A stretch of DNA of 32,000 bases from Methanothermobacter thermautotrophicus str. Delta H (lineage in GTDB: Archaea > Methanobacteriota > Methanobacteria > Methanobacteriales > Methanothermobacteraceae). The stretch spans positions 1,410,001 to 1,442,000 of the forward strand of contig NC_000916.1 in NCBI RefSeq assembly GCF_000008645.1. The letters run 5' to 3'. Each line of letters begins with the position of its first letter. Position 1 is the first letter of the stretch. The notes under the pieces are model-generated. The model was not told the DNA's origin. It made no database searches and was given only the letters and a program-made list of their open reading frames with translations. Positions 18,031 through 26,569 of this stretch are shown here, piece after piece. Both the position numbers and the translations under genes were made by a program.

Positions 18031-18399
18031 ATGAAGGAGATAATAGCCATAATAAGGTCAAACAAAATGAAAAAGACCAGGGATGTCCTTGAAGTCCTCG
18101 GGTTTCCCGCCATGAACGCCAGAAGAGTCCTGGGAAGGGGGCATCAGAGGGCCATAATTGACGATGTTAACATCCCCTTTCCTCCAGAGGGTATTGAAGA
18201 GTCGAGAGGTACAATGAGGTATATTCCTAAGAGGATGATCAGCATCATGGTTGAAGACAGGGACGTGGAGCTGGTTGTGGAGGCCATAATGAAGGTAAAC
18301 CACACAGGCAATATTGGGGATGGTAAAATCTTTGTATGCCCAGTGGATGATGCTGTAAGGATAAGAACCGGCGAGAATGGGGATGTGGCACTTCAATAG
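18031..18399 (+). CDS. nifI2: P-II family nitrogenase regulator NifI2
   Basis: 122 aa P-II-like protein with an extended T-loop (MKEIIAIIRSNK...GRGHQRA...GDGKIFVCPV). An AGGTG RBS is present. Confidence 0.85.
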   Translation: MKEIIAIIRSNKMKKTRDVLEVLGFPAMNARRVLGRGHQRAIIDDVNIPFPPEGIEESRGTMRYIPKRMISIMVEDRDVELVVEAIMKVNHTGNIGDGKIFVCPVDDAVRIRTGENGDVALQ

Positions 18400-18436
18400 A
18401 GTGAATTGAATGGACTTACTTGAAGGATGATTTAAA

Positions 18437-19846
18437 ATGCCATTTAAACTGTTTGATGTTGACGCTGAAATACCTGAGAGAAAAAAACATGTCTATATAA
18501 AGAAGAAGGAAGATCCCGAAGAGGATCTGCCCTTATGTAACACAAAGACAATCCCTGGTTGCATGACTGAGAGGGGCTGCGCCTTTGCGGGTGCGAAGGG
18601 TGTCATAACCGGTGCAATAAAGGATGCTCTGCATGTTATCCATTCCCCTGTTGGATGCACAGCATATGGCTACGGTACAAAGAGGTATCCCACATCACAG
18701 GAAATGCCTGATGGCAGCCTTTTTCCCATTGAAAACTTCAACCTGAAGTATATAACGGGCACAAATCTCACAGAGACAGATGTTGTGTTTGGGGGTATGG
18801 ATAAACTCAAAAGATGCATCATCGAGGCTGCTAAAGAATTCCCAGAGGCAAATGCTGTTTACACATATGCAACATGCACAACCGGTCTCATAGGAGATGA
18901 TATTGAAGCCGTTTCAAGGGAGGTTTCAGAAGAAATAGGGAAGGACGTGGTTGCAATAAATGCCCCCGGGTTTGCGGGTCCAACACAGTCAAAGGGGCAT
19001 CAGGTTGCAAACTACACACTGTTTGAGAACCTTGTGGGAACCGCAGAGCCTCCGGTAGTAACAGACTATGATGTAAACCTCATAGGAGAGTACAACATCG
19101 ATGGTGACCTCTGGGTTCTCAAGAGATACTTCGAGGAGATGGGAATAAATGTCCTCAGCACATTCACTGGAGACTGCTGCCATGATGAGATAAAATGGAT
19201 GCACAGAGCTAAGCTTAGCCTGGTCCGGTGTCAGCGTTCAGCCACATATATTGCAAGGCTTCTGGAGGAACGTTACAATGTTCCATACATGAAGGTTGAT
19301 TTCTTTGGAATAGAATACTGCAAGAGGAATCTCATGGCTACAGGGGAATACTTTGGGATTCCTGAAAGGGCAGAGGAGGTCATAAAGGATAGGATGGAGA
19401 AGATAGGCCCCGAAATTGAATATCTTCGTAATAAATTGGCTGGTAAGAAGGTCTGGGTATTTTCAGGGGGTCCTAAGAACTGGCACCTTCCACGCCCCCT
19501 TGAGGATGAACTTGGAATGGAGGTAGTTGCAGTTTCAACAATGTTCGAACACGAAGACGGCTATGAAAAAATCAAGAAAAGGGTCGGAGAAAATACGGTG
19601 ATAGTTGATGACCCAAACTCACTGGAACTTGAGGAAATCATTGAAAAATACAGGCCAGATATCATCCTTTCAGGTATAAAGGAGAAGTATCTTGCCCATA
19701 AACTTGGTGTACCATGCGTTCTCATCCATTCCTACGAAAATGGACCTTACATAGGTTTTGAGGGGTTCCTGAATCTCGCAAGGGACATGTATGCATCAAT
19801 ATACAGTCCTGTCTGGGATCTCCTTGAATTTGAGGCAGGTGATTGA
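18437..19846 (+). CDS. nifD: Nitrogenase MoFe protein alpha chain NifD
   Basis: 469 aa. The conserved segments are HSPVGC, the cofactor Cys context [10 protein letters not shown], and the His context [15 protein letters not shown]. There is no delta-subunit (vnfG/anfG) gene between D and K, which is consistent with the Mo type. Confidence 0.9.
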   Translation: MPFKLFDVDAEIPERKKHVYIKKKEDPEEDLPLCNTKTIPGCMTERGCAFAGAKGVITGAIKDALHVIHSPVGCTAYGYGTKRYPTSQEMPDGSLFPIENFNLKYITGTNLTETDVVFGGMDKLKRCIIEAAKEFPEANAVYTYATCTTGLIGDDIEAVSREVSEEIGKDVVAINAPGFAGPTQSKGHQVANYTLFENLVGTAEPPVVTDYDVNLIGEYNIDGDLWVLKRYFEEMGINVLSTFTGDCCHDEIKWMHRAKLSLVRCQRSATYIARLLEERYNVPYMKVDFFGIEYCKRNLMATGEYFGIPERAEEVIKDRMEKIGPEIEYLRNKLAGKKVWVFSGGPKNWHLPRPLEDELGMEVVAVSTMFEHEDGYEKIKKRVGENTVIVDDPNSLELEEIIEKYRPDIILSGIKEKYLAHKLGVPCVLIHSYENGPYIGFEGFLNLARDMYASIYSPVWDLLEFEAGD

Positions 19847-21226
19847 ATGTCAGAAATAAATGTGATGGAAAGAACAAGGGAACTTGTGGTAAACCCTCTT
19901 GTGACCTGTCAGCCATTCGGGGCAATGTTCGCAACCCTTGGCATACGGAGGGGTCTCCCCATAGTCCATGGTTCGCAGGGTTGCAGCACCTTTGTGAGGT
20001 ATGGTCTTAATAGGCACTTCCGTGAACCGGCTGAAATAGCTGTCACATCGCTTCATGAGGATGCTGCGGTTTTTGGAGGCAGGAGCAACCTCATAGATGG
20101 TGTTAAAAATCTTGTGAAGAGATTCAGGCCAGAACTCGTAGGAATTGTAACGACCTGTTCAAGTGAGATAACTGGTGACGATGTGGATGGATTCCTGAGG
20201 GTTGCGGAGGCTGAATTAAGAGAAGAACTTGGAGAAAGATTCAGAACAAGGATGGTTAGCATATCAACACCAAGCTTTGTTGAACATCACTTAAGAGGAT
20301 ATGGAAATGCCCTAAAATCGTTTATAGATACTCTTGCAGTTGATGAGGGGGACTGCAATGAGAGGATCAACCTGATACCAGGTATTGTTAACCCGGGTGA
20401 TATACGGGAGATAAGGCACATCTTTGAGTTGATGGACGTCGACCCCATTATACTCACAGACACTTCGGATCCATTCGATTCACCACTACGACCATCAAAG
20501 ACAGAGAAAATGCCATTCTATCCTAAGGGTGGAACAGTGGTTTCTGATATAGAGGAATCCTCAAACAGTATAGGAACACTTTCAATGTCAATGTATGGAA
20601 ATGAAGCATCAGAAACACTTAAAAAGCGTTTCAATATTCCCAAGGAGCACCACATACCCATTGGTGTCAGGAATACAGACGATTTCGTCCGTTCATTGGC
20701 GAGAATAGCAGAAGTAGATGTGAGCGAAGAGCTTCTGGATGAAAGAGGTATCCTCATTGATTCAATGGCAGATATTAGCTCAAGATATCTCTTTGGAAGG
20801 ACAGCAGCTGTTTACGGGGATCCCGACATGGTAATGGGTGTGTCAAGGTTCCTCTGTGAACTTGGAATCACACCACTCTATGCATGTGTCGGTGTCGATA
20901 ATGAAATCTTCAGGGAGGGAATGAAAAGAGTGGCATCCGAGGCAGATGAAAGGATAAACGTCATGATAAACTCAGATCTGAGGGCACTTGAAAGAGAACT
21001 TACAGAGGAACCTGTGGACTTTATGATAGGGAATTCGGATGGAAGGCTTATAGCAAGGGATCTTGGAATACCCCTTGTAAGGATGGGCTTTCCTGTATAT
21101 GATAGAGTTGGGTATCACAGGATTCCTGTTGTGGGTTACCGTGGATCTGTCAATCTTCTAAACAGAATAACAAACACAGTACTGAGAGAATACTATGAAC
21201 CACAGCACTGGAAACTCCAGCAATAA
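19847..21226 (+). CDS. nifK: Nitrogenase MoFe protein beta chain NifK
   Basis: 459 aa with [35 protein letters not shown] typical of NifK. The ATG abuts the nifD stop. Confidence 0.9.
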
Positions 21227-22631
21227 TAAAGAATTTCCTGGAAGTAACCTTGAATTCCAGGTGGGGCATGTTGATAGGGTAATCGACACCATCCCCTCAA
21301 GGAGAGGACACTTCAAAAGGAGTGGAGGGGGAGGTCCATGCTGCAATAAGGCATCAGTACCGGGTATGGTTACTCAGAGATCATGTGTATACGGAGGCGC
21401 AAGGGTTGTTCTTATGCCGATAACAGATGCAGCTCACATAGTCCATGGACCTGTTGGATGCGCGGCATGTACATGGGATATAAGGGGCAGCAGAAGTTCA
21501 AAGTCAGATCTGTACAAGACGGGATTCTCCACGAACCTTGAGGAGAAGGATGTGGTCTTTGGCGGTGAGGACAGACTTCTCAAATGCATACTTGAAGTGG
21601 ACGAAATTTACTCTCCATCAGCAATATTCGTGTACTCCACATGTGTTTCAGGTGTCATAGGCGATGATATCACCGCCGTATGCAGAAATGCAGAATATAA
21701 AACGGGAAAATGGGTAATACCCGTACAGTCTGAGGGTTTTAGGAGTTTCAATAAATCCTTAGGCCATCAGCTTGCCTGTGATGTCCTTCTTGATCACGTT
21801 ATAGGTCGTGGAGATGCCGAAGTAGGGGAAAGGTCAGTTAATCTTGTGGGCGAATTCAATGTGGCGGGGGATTTATGGGAGATAAAGAGGCTCCTTGAGA
21901 AAATGGGCGTTAAGGTTGTTGCATCCATAACCGGTGATTCAACCGTGGCTGAGATTTCAGCCGCCCACAAAGCCCAGCTTAACCTTGTACAGTGCAGCAA
22001 ATCATCTGGATACATCGCAGAGGAGATGGAAAAAAGGCATGGAACACCACACATCAACGTCAATTTTTTTGGTATGAGGGAAACCATGGATTCCCTCATT
22101 TCAATTTCAGAGTTCTTTGGACTGGAATTAGCAGAGAAATGGGTACTTGGAATGGTTGAGGAAACAAAGAGGAAGGTTGCCAGATACAGGAATACCCTTG
22201 AGGGAAAGAAGGTGGCCATATACGTAGGAGGTAACAAGGCGTGGTCACTCATAAGGGCATTTGAAGATCTGGGAATGGAGGTTATCATGAGCGGAACCCA
22301 GAATGGTCTGCCCAACGATTACCTTCGAATAATGGAGAAATCTGGCAGAGAGCTCATACTATTCGATGACGCCAATCCAGTTGAACTTTCAAGGTTGTTG
22401 AATAAATATCGACCAGATCTTTTTGTCTCAGGAGCTAAAGAGAAATACCTCTCATACAAACTTGGCATACCTTTCTGTGAATTTAATCATGACAGGATAA
22501 AGCCCTTTTCATGTTTCAGGGGATTTTTGAATTTTGCAGAGGAAGTTGATAAGGCTGTAAACAGCAGAGTATGGAAACTGGCAGCACCAAGAACCTTTCT
22601 AAATTGCGGAGTTGAGTACGGTTATGAATAG
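21195..22631 (+). CDS. nifE: Nitrogenase cofactor scaffold NifE (start uncertain: ATG 21195 or GTG 21261)
   Basis: NifD-like fold with [32 protein letters not shown] 21195 overlaps nifK by 32 nt and has a weak RBS. GTG 21261 lies after an inverted repeat. Confidence 0.8.
21237..21261. promoter_or_regulatory. Inverted repeat CCTGGAA-N11-TTCCAGG at the nifK/nifE junction
   Basis: The 7-bp arms are perfect. The left arm plus spacer (GGAAGTAAC) is identical to the plus-strand glnA operator GGAAGTAAC. An AT-rich AATAATAAA lies 8 nt upstream. Confidence 0.4.
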
Positions 22632-23970
22632 AAACATAACAATAAACCCCGGAAGGATCTGCCAGCCACTTGGCGCCGTCATGGCTTTCCTTGGAGTCAG
22701 GGGAGCGATGCCACTAATACATGGTTCGCAGGGATGCAGTACATATATGAGGTTTCAGATAACGAGGCATTTCAGGGAACCAGTTAACATTGCATCAAGC
22801 TCATTGAACGAGGCAACGGTTGTATACGGTGGAGAAAAAAACCTTCTGAAGGCTATAAGAACGGTTGAGGAAAATTACAAACCGGAGGTCATAGGTGTTA
22901 TCTCAGGTTGCCTTTCAGAGACCATAGGGGACGACATCAACAGGATTGTGAGGATCTACAGGGATGCGGGATCGGAATCCCGAATAATTCCGGTTTCAAC
23001 ACCTGGCTTCAAAGGGTCCCATGTGGATGGCTATGACATGGCAGTCACCTCCATCCTCAGATCCATCGCAGGGGATCCCTCAGATCAGATAGAGAGGGTT
23101 AACGTTATAAATGGCATCATGAGCCCAGCCGACACATATGAGTTAAAGAGTATTCTTAGGAGTATGGGAACGGAATTCCTCATGATAACTGATACCTCAG
23201 AATCCCTTGATGAACCATTCAATGGAGATCCCTACTTCATAACGCGGCACGGAACACCCATAAGTAAAATAGAGGGGGCCTCTAACTCCATGGCAACACT
23301 AAGTCTTGGAGGATGTAAAGGCGGTCGGGTACTTGAAGGTAGATATGGGATTAAAAATATCGGTCTTGAGATCCCAGCAGGTCTTGAAAACACCGATCGT
23401 TTCATAGGTAAGTTAACGGAGCTCTTTGATGCAAGTATTTCACAGTCCCTCATGAGGGACAGGGGACGCCTGATTGATGCCATGATTGATGCCCATCAGT
23501 ATACCTATGGAAGGAATGTTGCAATCTTCACAGACCCTGGATATGCAGTGGCAATCACTTCCATGGTCCTTGAGATGGGAATGACACCTTCAGCCGTTTT
23601 TACAGGTTCAGAGAGCATATATTTCAATGAGAAAATTAGCCAACTTCAAAAGGAATACGGTTTCAAGTGTATGGCCATGAGTGGCGCGGATATATTTGAT
23701 TTACAGTCATATATTTCAGAAAAACCCATTGATGTTCTCATAGGGAACTCTTACTGTGGTAGAGCGGCAGAAGAAAATGGAATACCCCTCATGAGGGTCG
23801 GCTTCCCGGTTTATGATAGACTTGGTTCCCAGAGGATAAGAATTGCAGGTTACAGTGGAGGTATAGAATTTGTTGATTCCCTCACCAACCTGATAATTGA
23901 GAGATACTATGATGAGGGTTATGAAATATCCGATGTGAGTGACGCTGATGAGAGCTGTTGCATCAGATGA
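22624..23970 (+). CDS. nifN: Nitrogenase cofactor scaffold NifN
   Basis: NifK-like N-terminus [38 protein letters not shown] 22624 overlaps the nifE stop by 8 nt. The track start at 22612 is a TTG. Confidence 0.8.
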
Positions 23971-24027
23971 TTTGAAATACGTTAAAATACCTGTAGATGG
24001 GGATACTCTTATAAAAATTGAATTTAA

Positions 24028-24051
24028 TAAGGATATTCCTTAAATAAGGAA
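24028..24051. promoter_or_regulatory. Three alternating TAAGGA / TCCTTA half-sites (TAAGGA-tat-TCCTTA-aa-TAAGGA) around a TATA-like TTAAATAA
   Basis: Two overlapping perfect palindromes were read directly: AAGGA-TAT-TCCTT (24029-24041) and TTCCTTA-AA-TAAGGAA (24036-24051). Confidence 0.4.
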
Positions 24052-24205
24052 ATTTGATGGGATAAGACTGAAAAGAAATGATAATGTGGTGCAACTCATA
24101 AAATTAGATGAATCTGACTGTATATGTGGCAAGGTACTGTACTGAAATCTTTAACCGATCTGAAGATAGTTCAATTAATTTAACTAAATACCTGGATGTA
24201 AATCA

Positions 24206-26206
24206 ATGAAGGTCCTGACAACATGTACAAGGGATTGCCCTGGTTCATGTGGTCTTACAGTTAATGTGAGCAGGGGTAAGGTCAATTCCATAGAAGGAAG
24301 CAGTATTCACCCACACACAAGGGGATTTATATGTAAAAATACAGCGAGGTATCATGTAAGGAGGCTCTATTCTGATAGAAGGGTATTAAAACCGTTGAAG
24401 AGGGATGGGAGGCAGTGGAAAACGATATCCTGGGATGAGGCACTTCATGTGATTTCTGATAAATTGAATGAGTGCATGGATGAACACGGAGCTGAGTCTA
24501 TAGTGTATTATCAGGGTTTTGGAGCACGAACAGCGTTGAGACTCCTCAACAGGAGGTTTTTCAATCTCATAGGAGCAACAACTCTCAGGGGAACTCTATG
24601 CGGGGGTGCAGCCATAGCAGCTCAATCAAAAGACTTTGGGAGGAGACTGTCCCATGATCCGTCAGATCACCTTAACAGCAGGAACATATTCATATGGGGA
24701 CGTAACCCTGCCGTCACAGACATTAATCTCTGGAGGATAATAAAGAGGGCCCAGAAACATGGAACACGGGTTATCACAATCGATCCCATAAGGACTCAAA
24801 CAGCAGTGAAATCAGATATTCACTGTCAGATTGAAGCCGGGAAGGACCTATACCTTGCAATAGCAATGGCGAAGATAATCATGGCTGAAGAGCTTCATGA
24901 CTCTGGATTCATAGAGAAACATGCGGAAAATTTTGATTCATATATAGAAATCCTTGATGAATTCAATTTAAATCAATTATCAGAGCTGAGTGGGGTTCCA
25001 TTGAAAATAATCTCTAAGCTTGCACACCTATACTCTGATGGGCCAAGCAGCATAATACTTGGCTGGGGTCTGCAGCGGTACTTCAACTCATATATGGCTT
25101 GCAGATTCATAGATGCCCTTGCAGCCATATCAGGGTATATAGGTGTGAGTGGAGGTGGTGTGAGCAGCGGTTTTGATGAATATGGGGCCTTTGATGAATC
25201 TGTTACACTTGAAGGGGCAGGAAATGGTAGAAAAGTGTCAATGCCCCTTTTTGGAAGGGAAATAGTGAATATGAATTCACCAACCGTTAACTGTGTATTT
25301 ATAACGGCAGGTAATCCCGTGACCCTTGGACCCAACTCCATTCAGACTCTAAATGCGCTAAGAGAAGTTGATTTTGTTGTCATGGTGGATCTCTTCTTGA
25401 ATGATACAGCACATACAGCCGACCTATTTTTACCCGCAACAACATTTCTGGAGGAAACAGACCTTGTTGGAAGCTATGGTCACCCCTACGTGTCTCCTGT
25501 AAACGCTGCAGTCAAGCCATTGGGTGAATCTCATTCCGAGTTCTGGATTTTACAGAGATTATCAGAGATCATGGGTTTTGCTGATATGGAAGGAACAAGG
25601 ATGGAGTGGCTTGAAATTATAGCTTCAAAGGTTCTTGATTATCATGGAATAGAAATTTGTGATCTCCTGGAAAAACCATACAGATCACCGGGATTCCCTC
25701 CGGTCCCATTTGAGGGGCCTTTATTCTATACAGACAATGGAAGGTTCAATTTACCATCGGACAGGCCTTACGAGATGGAGCAACATGATGGGGCACACCC
25801 TGAAAATTCCATAAGGCTTTTAACAGTCATGTCACCACAGTGGGTAGGTTCCGTTGAGCCTACCTTTCATAAAGGTCTTGTAGAAATTTACCTAAACCCC
25901 GGAACGCTTTCACAACTTGGTTTTAATGATGGAGAGATTTCAGTCGCGGAATCAAATGCAGGAAAGAGTTGTGTGATTGTACGTTCCAGCGAGGATGTCC
26001 ATCCACTATGCGCCCTTTCATTCAGGGGGACATGGTTATCAAAGGGAGGCTGTATAAATACTGTCATTGAGGATAGAGAGACAATTATGGGTCATGGAAC
26101 AGCTTACAACGAGACCAGAATAAAATTAAAAAAAGTTTCAGGCGGCGTTTCTGTTCATGAAATGTGCCATGAGACTCACAAGTATAAATCCCGCCACTAT
26201 GAGTGA
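24206..26206 (+). CDS. Cytoplasmic molybdopterin (Mo/W-bisPGD) oxidoreductase of unknown substrate, single-subunit
   Basis: 666 aa. The N-terminal [4Fe-4S] motif is C7-x3-C11-x3-C15...C43 (TCTRDCPGSCG...GFICKN). MopB-like core segments are IFIWGRNPAVT and VITIDPIRT, and a C-terminal molybdopterin-binding-domain-like region is present. There is no signal or Tat motif. The candidate ligand stretch is RGTLCGGAAIAA. Confidence 0.8.
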   Translation: MKVLTTCTRDCPGSCGLTVNVSRGKVNSIEGSSIHPHTRGFICKNTARYHVRRLYSDRRVLKPLKRDGRQWKTISWDEALHVISDKLNECMDEHGAESIVYYQGFGARTALRLLNRRFFNLIGATTLRGTLCGGAAIAAQSKDFGRRLSHDPSDHLNSRNIFIWGRNPAVTDINLWRIIKRAQKHGTRVITIDPIRTQTAVKSDIHCQIEAGKDLYLAIAMAKIIMAEELHDSGFIEKHAENFDSYIEILDEFNLNQLSELSGVPLKIISKLAHLYSDGPSSIILGWGLQRYFNSYMACRFIDALAAISGYIGVSGGGVSSGFDEYGAFDESVTLEGAGNGRKVSMPLFGREIVNMNSPTVNCVFITAGNPVTLGPNSIQTLNALREVDFVVMVDLFLNDTAHTADLFLPATTFLEETDLVGSYGHPYVSPVNAAVKPLGESHSEFWILQRLSEIMGFADMEGTRMEWLEIIASKVLDYHGIEICDLLEKPYRSPGFPPVPFEGPLFYTDNGRFNLPSDRPYEMEQHDGAHPENSIRLLTVMSPQWVGSVEPTFHKGLVEIYLNPGTLSQLGFNDGEISVAESNAGKSCVIVRSSEDVHPLCALSFRGTWLSKGGCINTVIEDRETIMGHGTAYNETRIKLKKVSGGVSVHEMCHETHKYKSRHYE

Positions 26207-26213
26207 AACTATC

Positions 26214-26229
26214 TGAATGGCTGCATTCA
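26214..26229. other. Hairpin TGAATG-GCTG-CATTCA between convergent genes
   Basis: A perfect 6-bp stem with a 4-nt loop in the 33-nt gap between the stops at 26206 (plus strand) and 26240 (minus strand). Confidence 0.3.
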
Positions 26230-26239
26230 CAGTATCACC

Positions 26240-26545
26240 TCATTCATCAACTGCCTCGATCAGGCATACCCCACCTTCACATTCATGTTCAAGTTCGATG
26301 AGGTACTCCTTCAGCTTCTCAACATCAATTGTTGTAAGGCCCTTTATCATATCACTGTCGATCTTTATCTGCAGAACCCCTGCGTTGTTGGTGACGACCT
26401 TTCCAGGTATATACACACGGCCGAGGGATAGTCTCACGGTATCCCCGGGCTTCACCTCCTCCTTTATGTACCTGCAGAGTTCCTCACAGGTTGCTATTCT
26501 ATTTTCCTTTTTCAAAGAGATCACCTTCCACTGGATTATATGCAC
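26240..26545 (-). CDS. Small conserved-looking hypothetical protein with CxxxC and CxxxxC pairs, immediately downstream of nrpR
   Basis: Host-like codon usage (AGG, ATA, AAG, GAG). The sequence is ...KKENRIATCEELCRYIKEEVKPGDTVRLSLGRVYIPGKVV...ELEHECEGGVCLIEAVDE. The track start is a GTG at 26545. An internal TTG at 26515 is preceded by AAGGTGAT and may be the real start, giving ~91 aa. I do not recognise a family. Confidence 0.6.
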   Translation of the reverse strand: MHIIQWKVISLKKENRIATCEELCRYIKEEVKPGDTVRLSLGRVYIPGKVVTNNAGVLQIKIDSDMIKGLTTIDVEKLKEYLIELEHECEGGVCLIEAVDE

Positions 26546-26569
26546 CTATGGTGCTTATAAAAATAAGGT

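Noticed and set aside
18437-21226. Alternative (V- or Fe-only) nitrogenase
   Set aside because: nifD and nifK abut directly with no delta-subunit (vnfG/anfG) gene between them, and nifEN follow. This is consistent with a Mo-type system.
21794-22315. 173-aa minus-strand ORF inside nifE
   Set aside because: It is antisense to a conserved NifE segment and is a Ser/Pro/Leu-rich shadow ORF.
24108-24209. 33-codon ORF (MNLTVYVARYCTEIFNRSEDSSINLTKYLDVNQ) whose TGA overlaps the ATG of the oxidoreductase gene (ATGA)
   Set aside because: The ATGA overlap is suggestive of coupling, but there is no Shine-Dalgarno sequence. The composition is AT-driven and I recognise nothing in it. It is kept only as a possibility to test with ribosome profiling.
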